A stretch of DNA of 64,000 nt, taken from positions 44,850 through 108,849 of IMG/VR virus record IMGVR_UViG_3300032235_000623; one strand, written 5' to 3'. The notes under the pieces were generated by a model. The model worked only from the letters and a program-made list of their open reading frames with translations. It did not search any database and was not told where the DNA came from. Positions 46,982 through 57,632 of this stretch are shown here, piece by piece. This stretch comes from a virus. Numbering within the stretch: position 1 is the stretch's first letter; the number at the start of each line of letters is the position of its first letter. The position numbers and the translations under genes are program-made.

Positions 46982-48664
46982 ATGTCTTATTCCAGAAACG
47001 TATTAAAAGATTACCCTATTGGGTTTTGGGAGCTTTCCGAAAATGCCTTAGACGGCTCTGGCTGCGGTAATGACGCAGTGGTTTCTGGAACGCATTATAT
47101 AGATGGATTTAGCCTTCATCCTTCAATTGGTGGGTATACAAGAATTAAAGGAAACTCTTATGTTTCCATGCCAATAGATAAAGATTACTATTCGGATACA
47201 AACCTTCCACCAATTGCAAACTCTTCAAGCTCCAGAAATGAATTTTCTTTAGAGCTTTGGTTTAAAGCAGAAGATAACCTTATTAGTGAAACTCCTTTAT
47301 TCGCAGATGTAAATGCAGATACGGGTATATTCTACGAGCAGGGAAATATTATTTTTAAGGTTGAAGGAGAATCTGTAGAGTATACGCTAACAGAGATCAA
47401 CAGAGCACATCATGTAGTTGGTGTATATTCTGGCAATGATATATCAATATTCATCAATGGCGATATTGCAGCAAATAAAATTTTAAATAGCTTCAGGTTT
47501 AGCTCTGAAGATGTTGATTTTCAGGTTGGTCCAGTAGTAGATAGCAATGCCTCATTTCTAGTAAATGGGGTAGCTGTATATAGATATGCACTTAGCCTAA
47601 ATCAAATATATGATCATTTTTATCAGGTAAACAATATTCCGCCAATTCAAATTGCTGATCCAGACAACGGATTTATATTCCAGATCAAGAATAGCGCAAG
47701 TGGGAAAAGGTTTACATTTGATTACCCAATAAATAAAAATTGGTCAGACGTTGTAGAAAGCCCTGTAGAATTTAATGATGCTAAAGGGTATGTAGAACTA
47801 GGCAAAGCGGACGGGGAAGTCTCTAAGGAGCTCCTAGACGTTATATCAGTACCTTCTATTGAAGAGTACGAACACTCTATTATAGAGTGGGTTGGAGATA
47901 ATGGGGTATCCGTAAAGATATCACAAAATAATGTTGACTTTTATGACTGTATAAATGGAATGCCTTTACCAATTCAAGATAATACTAAATCTATTATTTA
48001 TTTAAAGATAATATTCCAATCATCTAATGCACAAAGATTTAATCCAAGACTATATTCATTATCCATTTCTTTCTTTAATGGATTAAGGCTGTACGCATCT
48101 AATAGTGCTGACTACATATCCTCTTCTTCTACGGGAGGAAGTGACTTTGGTTTCACGTGGAACAATTGGCCAATTCTTTCAAGATATAGCCTTAATGGTT
48201 TAAGGGCAGGATCAGAGTTTAGCATTTATACAGATAAGGACGTATATTCCCTTGAGATGTTCTACACACCAACCGAATTGTCTGAGAGCTCATTATTTGA
48301 CCAGCTATCCTGGAACGGGGCGGGAGCCCTAAGCAAATCAAACATCCTAGCCCTATATATCAATGGAGAAGATAAGACATCAGAAACCTCAGTATCTGGC
48401 TTATTTATACCTGGAGAGATATATCACGTAGTAGCAGTATTAAATAATTCAATGACAGGGGAGATTGTCTTCAATGGGGACAATGAGGCCCTATATCAAT
48501 ACATTACGATATATGAGAGCCAATTGAGTTCAGGTACTGCCCAGGCTCATTATGAGTTGTATACTAATAGTGTCTCTACTATTGCCGACGGCTCGTCACT
48601 TGCACTGACAGAAAACTCTGTAAATTACTACAATAATGATTGGGTTGTAATACAAAGCATATAA
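46982..48664 (+). CDS. LamG/concanavalin-A-like domain virion protein
   Basis: PIGFWELSE, FSLELWF, HHVVGVY, VAVYRYALS. Confidence 0.75.
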   Translation: MSYSRNVLKDYPIGFWELSENALDGSGCGNDAVVSGTHYIDGFSLHPSIGGYTRIKGNSYVSMPIDKDYYSDTNLPPIANSSSSRNEFSLELWFKAEDNLISETPLFADVNADTGIFYEQGNIIFKVEGESVEYTLTEINRAHHVVGVYSGNDISIFINGDIAANKILNSFRFSSEDVDFQVGPVVDSNASFLVNGVAVYRYALSLNQIYDHFYQVNNIPPIQIADPDNGFIFQIKNSASGKRFTFDYPINKNWSDVVESPVEFNDAKGYVELGKADGEVSKELLDVISVPSIEEYEHSIIEWVGDNGVSVKISQNNVDFYDCINGMPLPIQDNTKSIIYLKIIFQSSNAQRFNPRLYSLSISFFNGLRLYASNSADYISSSSTGGSDFGFTWNNWPILSRYSLNGLRAGSEFSIYTDKDVYSLEMFYTPTELSESSLFDQLSWNGAGALSKSNILALYINGEDKTSETSVSGLFIPGEIYHVVAVLNNSMTGEIVFNGDNEALYQYITIYESQLSSGTAQAHYELYTNSVSTIADGSSLALTENSVNYYNNDWVVIQSI

Positions 48665-48727
48665 TTTTGTCATTAGGTGTGACAAGATATGGACTTTAGC
48701 ACTATAAAGTGGTAGAATAGTCAACAT

Positions 48728-49075
48728 ATGGATATCAAAAGAACTGGTTTTAAAATCAATGATCACGAGACAACCCTCGGAATATATGTCTGGGAAATGC
48801 CAGATGGACGCTGGATTGGCGACGATGACGGAAACTTTCTTTCTATAACTGCAAAAGAAGGCAATAGAGAAAGAATGAATTTGTTAGCAGATGCTGTTAG
48901 GTCTTACGGAATCTACGAAGGCAAGCCAAAGTTCCTTTCTGGCAGAAGAAAGATTGATGACGAAGAATTTGAGTATCAGCAACAAAGATTAAGATGGGGC
49001 CTAACTCCAGATCCTTTGGACATCGGAGTTTATAAAGATGAAATGAAGGCTCTAAAGAATAGCGGTGGAAAATGA
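48728..49075 (+). CDS. Hypothetical protein upstream of portal
   Basis: ATGA overlap with portal. Confidence 0.6.
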   Translation: MDIKRTGFKINDHETTLGIYVWEMPDGRWIGDDDGNFLSITAKEGNRERMNLLADAVRSYGIYEGKPKFLSGRRKIDDEEFEYQQQRLRWGLTPDPLDIGVYKDEMKALKNSGGK

Positions 49076-50655
49076 TAGAATTTGAAGACGACATGGGTAG
49101 CTCTAACGAAGTAGAAATAACAAACACTTCTGACTGGATGAAGTTTTCTTCTGCACCAGTTCAGAAAACAAATGATCCGTTCCGTGTAGAGAATGACGAC
49201 CTGCTAAAGATTTCTGGAATCTCTCCAACCTTCAGAAGAAAAGTAAGTAGAGATTTACAAAAACGATTTGCAGGAATTGACGGTGCTGAAACTCAGCAAA
49301 ACCTACTTCAGCAAGCGGTAACTGGCTATGCAATGTTTGATTTGGTTGAGCCACCGTACAACCTAGAGTACCTATCTTCAATTTATGAAATTTCCCCATA
49401 TAATTACGCTGCTATTAATGCCAAGGTTGCAAACATTGTTGGCTTAGGTTTTGATTTTATTGAGAGCAGAAAAACAAACGATGCTTTGGATGAAATTGAA
49501 GATGATAAGCAATTAGAAAGAGCAAGAAGAAAGCTTAGTAGAATCAGACAAGATCTTCATGAGTGGCTGGAAGATTGTAACGAAGAAGAAACATTTAAAG
49601 AAACATTAATAAAGTTCTACACCGATGTAGAAGCAACAGGAAACGGGTACTTAGAAATAGGTAGAACCACATCTGGAAAGATTGGTTATATTGGACATAT
49701 TCCAGCAAAGACAATGAGAGTTCGTCGTCTTCGTGACGGATTTATTCAGTTGCTTTATGGAAAGGCAGTTTACTTTAGAAACTTTGGAGATCAGGAAACA
49801 CCAAATCCGATTGCAGGTGGATTAGATAGACCTAACGAAATTATTCATTTAAAGAAGTACACTCCAAAGAATAACTATTATGGAATTCCAGATATCATTG
49901 CTGCACAGAATGCGATGGCAGGTAATGAATTTGCTGGAAAGTACAACTTGGACTATTTTGAAAATAAGGCTGTACCAAGATATATTATTACAGTCAAGGG
50001 TGCAAAGCTTTCATCTGAGTCAGAGAGAAAGCTTCTTGAGTTTTTCCAAGTTGGACTAAAGGGCAAAAATCATAGATCTTTGTATATACCCCTTCCAGCA
50101 GACTCACCAGATTCTAAGGTTGAATTTAAGATGGAGCCAATTGAGGCGGGTTCACAGGAGTCATCATTTAACGTTTATAGAACTGCAAACAGAGATGAAA
50201 TATTAATGGCTCACAGAACTCCAATTAATAAAATTGGTACACCAGCTGGAGTTAATTTAGCTACAGCAAGAGATGCAGATAAGACTTTTAAAGAGCAGGT
50301 ATGTAGACCAGCTCAAGAAAATCTTGAGAAGAAATTAAATAAAATCATTGAAGAAATGACAGATGCGCTTAAATTAAAATTTAATGAGCTTACTCTTACA
50401 GATGAAGATACTCAGTCAAAAATTGATGAAAGGTATTTGCGTTTCCAGGTTTTGACTCCGAATGAAATTAGACTTAGAATGGGCTTAGTCCCTAGAGAAG
50501 GCGGAGACAGCCCTGTTGACTTACAGGCGCAGGCAGCTGAAGTAAAATCTCAAGCATTACAAACTAGAACTAGAGACCAGGAAAGATCTGCAAATTCCCC
50601 AGATTCTTCAGGAGAAGGTAGAAATGCAAAGGGAGACGGAAGACAGGTCGAGTAG
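49072..50655 (+). CDS. Portal protein
   Basis: GNGYLEI, YYGIP, FENKAVP, LTPNEIRLRMGL. Confidence 0.9.
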   Translation: MIEFEDDMGSSNEVEITNTSDWMKFSSAPVQKTNDPFRVENDDLLKISGISPTFRRKVSRDLQKRFAGIDGAETQQNLLQQAVTGYAMFDLVEPPYNLEYLSSIYEISPYNYAAINAKVANIVGLGFDFIESRKTNDALDEIEDDKQLERARRKLSRIRQDLHEWLEDCNEEETFKETLIKFYTDVEATGNGYLEIGRTTSGKIGYIGHIPAKTMRVRRLRDGFIQLLYGKAVYFRNFGDQETPNPIAGGLDRPNEIIHLKKYTPKNNYYGIPDIIAAQNAMAGNEFAGKYNLDYFENKAVPRYIITVKGAKLSSESERKLLEFFQVGLKGKNHRSLYIPLPADSPDSKVEFKMEPIEAGSQESSFNVYRTANRDEILMAHRTPINKIGTPAGVNLATARDADKTFKEQVCRPAQENLEKKLNKIIEEMTDALKLKFNELTLTDEDTQSKIDERYLRFQVLTPNEIRLRMGLVPREGGDSPVDLQAQAAEVKSQALQTRTRDQERSANSPDSSGEGRNAKGDGRQVE

Positions 50656-50708
50656 TCCTACTCAACCACTATTTGCCTTTTGATATATACCATAATAAAA
50701 TTAAGCAT

Positions 50709-52079
50709 ATGAATATCGAAAAATCTTCTTGGTCTTCTAATGGCGATGCCATTAATTTGTCGGTTCCGTTTACTAAAGTTAACCGTGAGCGTAGAACCGT
50801 ATCTGGATTCGCCACACTAGACAATATTGATCAAACAGGTGATTTGGTTACAGCTGAAGCTAGCCTTGAGGCTTTTGAAAAGTTTAGAGGAAACATTCGT
50901 GAGATGCATGGGCCAAACGCAGTTGGCAAGATGCTATCTTTTAGACCAGAGACTTTTTACAACCCTGAAACAAAAGAGATGCACACTGGCGTCTATGTAG
51001 ATGCATATGTTTCAAAGGGAGCACAAGATACCTGGGAGAAAGTTCTAGATGGAACTCTCTCAGGTTTTTCTATTGGCGGAAAGATTATCGAATCAGATAA
51101 CGAAGTAAATAAATCAACAGGACAATCAGTTAGATTTATTAAAAAGTATGCGTTGCTAGAGTTATCACTTGTTGATTCACCAGCAAACGAATTGTGCAAC
51201 GTATTGTCTATTTCAAAGTCAAATGGACAAATGGTATTTAAAGGTATTGCAGTAGAAACACAAACAGAAAATATTTTTTATTGTGAAGATAGCGATTCAG
51301 TTTTTCTATCTTCAGAAGAAACATTTAGCTCACCAGTAACTGGCAAAGATGCAGTTCTAATTGGTTGGGTTGAAAAGAATGATAGCAACAAGGCTAAAGA
51401 AATAGATAAGATTCTTGATTCGTTTAAGAATTCAAGATTACCGTTGCCTGATACACATATCGCAAAACAGGCAATCGGAGAAGGAGGTAATGAAGTGGAA
51501 AACGTAGAAAATACAGAGACTGTAGAAAAGCTACGGGTGCCAGAGGCTGCTGATAAAGTAGAACCAAAGGAAGAAGCTGCTGCAGTTGCAGAAGTTGAAA
51601 CACCAGTTGCTGAAGAAGCTTCTGCTGACGACTCATCTGAAGATGTTGTCGAAGAAGTAGCTACAGAAGACACTTCTGCCGAAACTCTCGAAAAAGCAGC
51701 CGACGTATCAGAAGTTGAGGTTGATGAACCTGATTTTGCAAAGATGCTCGGTGATCTTAAGGGATTCTTTGCGGAAACTCTTAATAAGGCGTCAGAAACT
51801 AATGCTGCACAGGTAACAGAGATTAAGTCTACTGTTGAAACCTTCAGCAAGAGTGTTGATACAAGAATTTCGGAGTTAGCAGAACAACATACTGCTTTGT
51901 CAAAGGCAGTTGACGAAATAAAGAACACAATCTCTACTGTAGAGAAGCGTGTTGACGCAGTAGAATCAGATACTGCAATTAAGAAGTCCTCAGACCTCGG
52001 CGGGTCTCAGGAGATTACAATCCAAAAGTCTAGATGGAACGGTTCTTTCCTCGGTTCTGTCAATGAACTATTTAACTAA
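50709..52079 (+). CDS. Capsid maturation protease (XkdF/HK97-like) fused to scaffold
   Basis: IREMH, GFSIGG, ELSLVDSPAN; acidic coiled-coil C-half. Confidence 0.85.
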   Translation: MNIEKSSWSSNGDAINLSVPFTKVNRERRTVSGFATLDNIDQTGDLVTAEASLEAFEKFRGNIREMHGPNAVGKMLSFRPETFYNPETKEMHTGVYVDAYVSKGAQDTWEKVLDGTLSGFSIGGKIIESDNEVNKSTGQSVRFIKKYALLELSLVDSPANELCNVLSISKSNGQMVFKGIAVETQTENIFYCEDSDSVFLSSEETFSSPVTGKDAVLIGWVEKNDSNKAKEIDKILDSFKNSRLPLPDTHIAKQAIGEGGNEVENVENTETVEKLRVPEAADKVEPKEEAAAVAEVETPVAEEASADDSSEDVVEEVATEDTSAETLEKAADVSEVEVDEPDFAKMLGDLKGFFAETLNKASETNAAQVTEIKSTVETFSKSVDTRISELAEQHTALSKAVDEIKNTISTVEKRVDAVESDTAIKKSSDLGGSQEITIQKSRWNGSFLGSVNELFN

Positions 52080-52096
52080 AGGTAGGTGAAAATATA

Positions 52097-53155
52097 ATGA
52101 GCAATGAAACATTAGAAAAAGCAGTTGCAGCTAATACAAACGTAGTAGCAAACATGACTGGTTCCGTTGGTGCCGATTCAGGCATCCACGTTGGCTCAGA
52201 GGGTAAAGGTGGTCTTCTCAATCCTGAGCAGTCTGCACGATTCCTCGACTACATGTTCGACGCAACCGTAATCGGTAAAGTGGCTCGTACTGTTCGCATG
52301 AAAGCGGACACCACTGAAATCGATCGCATTGGTGTTGGCGAGAAGCTTATGAAGTTAGCTACTGAGGCAGATAATACTGCATCAAACTCAGCAGTTACAT
52401 TCTCTAAGATCTCTCTTACAACCAAGAAGCTTCGCCTAGATTGGGAACTTTCGACTGAATCTCTTGAAGACAATATCGAAGGTCCAGATCTAGAAGATCA
52501 TATTGCCAGAATGATGGCAACACAGGCAGGTAACGATATTGAGGATGTTCTCCTTAATGGTGATACCTCTCTAACAGGAGATGCACTTTACAAGTCATTC
52601 GATGGTGCTGTTAAGCTTTCAAAGGCTAACGGACACGTTGTTGACGCAGAGGGTGCAGGAATTTCACGTGCTGTATTTAACAGCGCATTGAAGGCACTTC
52701 CACGTAAGTACAAGCAGCGTCGCTCAGACTTAAGATTCCTTTCAGGTTCAAACTTGATCCAGGATTACTTATACTCAGCGTCAGTACTTGGCGATTACGG
52801 CTCAAATAACCCACAGGACATCGCTTCAAGCGTAATCCGTGGTGCAGGCGTACAGCCACTAGGTGGCCCAGCAGGATATGTCGCTCCATTTGCGTTCGGC
52901 ATTCCAGTAGTTGAAGTTCCACTTCTTCCAGAAGCACAGGACGGAGACTACGATGACGCTACAGGTCAGCACGGTGATATTCACTTGACATTCCCAAATA
53001 ACGTTGTTATTGGTATCAAGCGTGACGTCACAGTCTACCGCTTCTTCTGGCCACGTAAGGACTCAATCGAGTACACAATGTATACTCGTGTTGGTGTTCA
53101 AATCGAGCAGGCAGACGCTTGGGTCGTTGTTAAGAACGTAAAGGTTGCTTCCTAA
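52097..53155 (+). CDS. Major capsid protein
   Basis: GGLLNPEQSARF, LEDNIEG; position after protease; followed by terminator. Confidence 0.9.
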   Translation: MSNETLEKAVAANTNVVANMTGSVGADSGIHVGSEGKGGLLNPEQSARFLDYMFDATVIGKVARTVRMKADTTEIDRIGVGEKLMKLATEADNTASNSAVTFSKISLTTKKLRLDWELSTESLEDNIEGPDLEDHIARMMATQAGNDIEDVLLNGDTSLTGDALYKSFDGAVKLSKANGHVVDAEGAGISRAVFNSALKALPRKYKQRRSDLRFLSGSNLIQDYLYSASVLGDYGSNNPQDIASSVIRGAGVQPLGGPAGYVAPFAFGIPVVEVPLLPEAQDGDYDDATGQHGDIHLTFPNNVVIGIKRDVTVYRFFWPRKDSIEYTMYTRVGVQIEQADAWVVVKNVKVAS

Positions 53156-53176
53156 TTTTTAGGAATTAAACTGCTG

Positions 53177-53214
53177 AAAGGCCCCTAAATTAATTTTTAG
53201 GGGCTTTTCCTTTT
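53177..53214 (+). terminator. Intrinsic terminator after the capsid gene
   Basis: GCCCCTAAA/TTTAGGGGC hairpin plus T-tract. Confidence 0.75.
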
Positions 53215-53258
53215 AATCGAGTAATGCTATAATTTATTTAAGTAGAATGGGAGATTTT

Positions 53259-53660
53259 ATGTCATTTGAGACATTAAAAGTATCTGAATTAAGAACAGTA
53301 GCCGAAGAATTCGGCGTTGAGACAGAGGGACTAAAAACTAAGTCCGACATAGTTGCAGCGTTAGCTGAAGAGGGAATTACCTGGACATTGTATCAAGATA
53401 CAATTAAAAAGATTGAGGAAGAGTCCGTGCCAGTAGAGCAAGAAGTATTACCTAAGTTTGATTCTACAAAAGAAATTTCTGAGGATCAAGTACTAGTTAG
53501 AATGACAAGAGCTAACTTCAGATACGATATACTAGGTAAGACATTTACAAGAGAACATCCTTTTGTAGCAATGACAAAAGAAGATGCTCAAAAAATTTTT
53601 GATAAGGAGGAGGGCTTTAGACTAGCAACTCCAACAGAAGTTAGAGAGTTTTATAGCTAA
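53259..53660 (+). CDS. Hypothetical protein with Rho-N/SAP-like N-terminus
   Basis: LKVSELRTVAEEFGV..KSDIV. Confidence 0.55.
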   Translation: MSFETLKVSELRTVAEEFGVETEGLKTKSDIVAALAEEGITWTLYQDTIKKIEEESVPVEQEVLPKFDSTKEISEDQVLVRMTRANFRYDILGKTFTREHPFVAMTKEDAQKIFDKEEGFRLATPTEVREFYS

Positions 53661-53669
53661 GCCTATACA

Positions 53670-54653
53670 ATGGCAGAGGTATTAAGAAATACAAACTCGC
53701 CAGTTTACCATCAGGTATTCTGGAAAGGTGATGTTTTAGATGCTGACAGTTTACCTGTTGTTTCTTTGTATGACATAACCGAAGACCCATTTAGTGATTC
53801 TCCTGTAGAGAGTTATTACTTGTTAGACATAGACGCAGAAAAAGATGAAACAAATATAGGTCTGTATGCGGTCTATTTGCCTTTACTTTACACATCAGGT
53901 AATGCTACTCTAAGACTTGTATGGAAGTATGAAATAGATGGCGAAGAGGTAGAGTATAGTCATGATGTTTTTATTGTGACTCCATATGCCGATATATATC
54001 AAGCAAGCAGGATGCTGGGGGTTAGCTCAGATCCTTCTGACCCAGATTATAAATCATACAAAGAGCTTGCTGCTGCGGAAAGATATGCAAGAAAGAAAAT
54101 AGAACATGCCACTCGTCAAAAGTTTTATTTGTATAATGAAAAATTTAGAATAGTCGGTTATGGTTCAGACTCTCTTCCGCTTCCCGAAAAGATATTCAGA
54201 TTAAGAAAAATTTACATGAATGACGTATTGATGATTGATAATACTGTCACACCAAATGTAAATAATTTTGGTTTTGATGTTGATATTTCAGAGACAGGAT
54301 TTGCTCTTAGAGTAAATAAGGCTACTCAGCTAGACAACACTGTTTATGTTGCTAACGGAATGGTTCCTCCAACAATACATGACTCATACGGTGTTTTCAG
54401 AAATAACGTGCACTACGATGTTGAAGCAAATTTTGGTTGGAAAAAAGTTCCAGATGAGATAGAGTTAGCGACAATAGAACTCATGAAAGATTTCTTCTCA
54501 AAAGATACCTTATGGAAAAACCAGTATATCAAGAACATAAAGACATTCGACTGGAACTTTGAGTATAACTCAGAAGTATTCTCTGGCACAGGTAATGCTT
54601 ATGCAGATAAGCTAATTTCAGATTATATTTTGGACAAGGTTGAAATAATATAA
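53670..54653 (+). CDS. Head-tail adaptor
   Basis: Synteny; FGWKKVPDEIELAT motif. Confidence 0.7.
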   Translation: MAEVLRNTNSPVYHQVFWKGDVLDADSLPVVSLYDITEDPFSDSPVESYYLLDIDAEKDETNIGLYAVYLPLLYTSGNATLRLVWKYEIDGEEVEYSHDVFIVTPYADIYQASRMLGVSSDPSDPDYKSYKELAAAERYARKKIEHATRQKFYLYNEKFRIVGYGSDSLPLPEKIFRLRKIYMNDVLMIDNTVTPNVNNFGFDVDISETGFALRVNKATQLDNTVYVANGMVPPTIHDSYGVFRNNVHYDVEANFGWKKVPDEIELATIELMKDFFSKDTLWKNQYIKNIKTFDWNFEYNSEVFSGTGNAYADKLISDYILDKVEII

Positions 54654-55081
54654 TGTCATCTGTAGTTGATGCTGTCCTTTCAATGAAGATGGATATTTAC
54701 AAACAGGTTGACTCACAAGACCCTAATACAGGTGCATTAAAAAAAGAATGGATTTTTGATAGAACTGTAGATTGCCATGCAAAAGGTGTTATTAGTAATT
54801 CTGCAACCTCTAGATCAAGCGATAGGCAAACGTTTGATAACAAATATTCTAATGAACAGGTAATCCAGGTCAGAACATCTGGCAGGGTTACAGCAAGAGA
54901 AAAAGTTACTAATATCAGAAACAGAGAAGGCATCAACATCTGGACTGAAATTAATTTTCCAAGCGACACACCAACTGTTTTTGAAATTGTAGGAACAACG
55001 CCAATTACTGATCCATTTGGAAGAGTGGTAGGATATAATTCTTCTATGAAGAGGTCGGAGAATCAACAAATTGGCATCTAA
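54653..55081 (+). CDS. Head closure/stopper protein
   Basis: Synteny, size, beta-rich. Confidence 0.6.
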   Translation: MSSVVDAVLSMKMDIYKQVDSQDPNTGALKKEWIFDRTVDCHAKGVISNSATSRSSDRQTFDNKYSNEQVIQVRTSGRVTAREKVTNIRNREGINIWTEINFPSDTPTVFEIVGTTPITDPFGRVVGYNSSMKRSENQQIGI

Positions 55082-55853
55082 TTTTTTATTTGTAAATATA
55101 GCAAGTGGGCTTGAGCCATTAATGCAAGCACCACAGCATAGTCATGTCAAGCAGTCAATTGTTGCACAGATATCTGCAGCAGTATATTATCAAGCAAAAG
55201 TTTTAGAAAAACTAGAGGATAGCAAAGCTTTTAAAAGGCAGTTTAGCACAGTTATATTTAATCAAATTGAAAAAGAGTTTGGAGAGTACATTGATGCTAA
55301 AGCAAGAACATCACCAAAGTCATTACACCATGTTTACGAGTGGCAAAAAATTGGAAAAGAAGATGCAAGACTTTTTAAATTAAAGCAACTCGAAGGACCA
55401 GGGATATCTTTTAGAATATCTACAGACTTAATGCCATCAACTTCTTTTGTGCCAACTGGAAAAGGCAAGCATAGGCATGTTTTTGTGAATAAGGCATCCG
55501 TTATGGAAGCTGGAAATCCAGTCACTATTTCTCCAAAGTATTCAGAACGATTAGTTTTTGAGGTAGATGGAGATGTTGTATATATGCCAAAGGGAGCTTC
55601 AGTAAAAGTTAATAGGCCAGGCGGATCTGGTGCAAAGAACCAGTTCTTCTTAGCGACTAGCCAATATTTTAAGAGCAACATGGTAAATTTAGCAATTAAG
55701 AATTCAGGGTTTCAAAGATTATTTAATATGTCTTTAAAGAAAGCAATGTCTGTTCCTTCAGATATTAAAACAGTTAAATACAAGTTTAGTCCTAATATAA
55801 TTAAGAGCCAGGCTGACTTTGCTGTTGATTACGCATTTGGGGGTGTATCATGA
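55071..55853 (+). CDS. Neck/tail completion protein
   Basis: Synteny. Confidence 0.55.
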   Translation: MASNFLFVNIASGLEPLMQAPQHSHVKQSIVAQISAAVYYQAKVLEKLEDSKAFKRQFSTVIFNQIEKEFGEYIDAKARTSPKSLHHVYEWQKIGKEDARLFKLKQLEGPGISFRISTDLMPSTSFVPTGKGKHRHVFVNKASVMEAGNPVTISPKYSERLVFEVDGDVVYMPKGASVKVNRPGGSGAKNQFFLATSQYFKSNMVNLAIKNSGFQRLFNMSLKKAMSVPSDIKTVKYKFSPNIIKSQADFAVDYAFGGVS

Positions 55854-56362
55854 GTCCAGACTACAATATAGATGCAATGTACGAGGTAAGAAAATTTTTG
55901 TGGCAGGGTCTACAGGATAATAACCTAATAGATAGAGATGATTACTACAGCGATAATTTAGGAGAGTATATTAACCCTATTATCCCAGTACAACAATTAG
56001 CAGAAATGAATCAGTTTTTAAGTGGTAAAACTCATATTGTTTATGACAAGATTGGTTTGTCGTATGAGCAAAACTGGCTAATATGTTGCGAGCAGCTTTT
56101 ATTTACAATATATTCAACAGATTTTGCTGAGATAAATAAAATTAGAAATTACATGCTGGATCAGTTCAGGAGAATGGATGAGTCAGCCAGGGATTTAAAT
56201 TATTGGGAGGATGTCTCAGATAAGGTTAAATTCCACAGTATTTTTGTTGCTGACATATCTCCAACATCCCCCTCAGAGGAGCTACAAGGCTTTCTGGCAG
56301 GAGATGTAATCTTGGAGGTCAAATACTCTAGGATTACGGACCGTAACGGCAGATTCGCTTAA
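55850..56362 (+). CDS. Tail terminator protein
   Basis: Synteny before the tail tube. Confidence 0.55.
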   Translation: MSPDYNIDAMYEVRKFLWQGLQDNNLIDRDDYYSDNLGEYINPIIPVQQLAEMNQFLSGKTHIVYDKIGLSYEQNWLICCEQLLFTIYSTDFAEINKIRNYMLDQFRRMDESARDLNYWEDVSDKVKFHSIFVADISPTSPSEELQGFLAGDVILEVKYSRITDRNGRFA

Positions 56363-56464
56363 ATTGCTTTAGACAACTAAATATTGTAAAATTGTCTATA
56401 GAGGAAAGGGCCTAGCCAGCCATTTATATATATAAATTATTTCATGAAATAGGAGGTTAACTTC

Positions 56465-57199
56465 ATGGCACAAAATACAGGTAATGCTAAAAACATTCTC
56501 GTAGGTGCTTCACCATTGTTCCTTTCTGTAGATGACTCTACAGTTACAGGCTACGATGACAGCATGGAGGCTGGTGTTCTTAATGCATTTACTGCAGATA
56601 AGAATACTTATGTCCCAGCATTTGATACTGCAAAGTCTTATATCGAGACACTAAACGCAGTTGATACAACTACAGCTTCAACTGGTGGCACACCAGTAAC
56701 AAAGGGCGCAGCATACCGTAACGTTGGTTATACAAACAACGGTCTTCAGATCACTTATAACCCAACATACGATTCAGTAACAGTAGATCAGCTTCTTGAT
56801 ACAGCAAAGCTCTTCAAGTCAGCGATGGAAGTTATGATTGCAACAGAAATGTCCGAAGGTACTCTTGAGAATATTCTCGTTGTATTCGGTCAGGGTAAGG
56901 AAACTCTAAGCGAGGTAGATGGAAACGATGTTCTCGGTCTTGAGGCAGGTGCACTTGGTGCAGCTCCAACTGAGCGTCAGCTTATTGCTATTGGACAGGC
57001 TCCAACAGTTGTAGGTCCAAATACAGAGCGTGTATACTATGCACGTCGAGTATTGTCAGTACAGCAGTCACAGTTCTCTTTGGCTCGTACAAATCCAACT
57101 ACATTCCCAGTAACATTCCGTCTTCTACCATCTGGTGAGTCATCTCACGCAGGTTCAGAATACGGTAAGATTATTGACCGTGCTTGGACACCAGCATAA
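56465..57199 (+). CDS. Major tail (tube) protein
   Basis: AGGAGG RBS; VGYTNNGL..VDQLLD; terminator at 57223-57246. Confidence 0.85.
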   Translation: MAQNTGNAKNILVGASPLFLSVDDSTVTGYDDSMEAGVLNAFTADKNTYVPAFDTAKSYIETLNAVDTTTASTGGTPVTKGAAYRNVGYTNNGLQITYNPTYDSVTVDQLLDTAKLFKSAMEVMIATEMSEGTLENILVVFGQGKETLSEVDGNDVLGLEAGALGAAPTERQLIAIGQAPTVVGPNTERVYYARRVLSVQQSQFSLARTNPTTFPVTFRLLPSGESSHAGSEYGKIIDRAWTPA

Positions 57200-57305
57200 T
57201 AATTAATTTTAATTATTAATATAAAGCCCCCAGAAATGGGGGCTTTATACTTGTAACGGTATAATCATTATGTTATAATAATTGAGACAGCCAAAGGAGG
57301 ATAAA

Positions 57306-57632
57306 TTGGCAACTACAGTATATGATACAGAAGAAATTGTATTACAGAATGGCGTAAGAGTAACACTCAAGCCTTTAACAATCAAGCAGTTAAGAAAGTT
57401 CATGATTGTTGTAAACAAACTTCAGGATACAAGCACAGAAGATGAAAGCCTTAATACATTATTAGAGGCATGCGCTATTGCACTAGAAAAGCAATTAGAA
57501 GATGTAACAATTGAGTTACTAGAAGATATTTTAGACGTACCTACTATCAATCGCATTCTTGAAGTTTGCGGGGGAATTAAGATGGACGACCCAAACCTTC
57601 TAGCGGCGGCGGTTCTGGCTGGTCAGAACTAG
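57306..57632 (+). CDS. Tail assembly chaperone (G-like)
   Basis: AAGGAGG RBS plus TTG; lies between tube and tape measure. Confidence 0.8.
   Translation: MATTVYDTEEIVLQNGVRVTLKPLTIKQLRKFMIVVNKLQDTSTEDESLNTLLEACAIALEKQLEDVTIELLEDILDVPTINRILEVCGGIKMDDPNLLAAAVLAGQN

Noticed and set aside
57569-57576. GGGGGAA as the chaperone slippery site
   Set aside because: The -1 frame hits TAA immediately; CCCAAAC downstream gives the open frame
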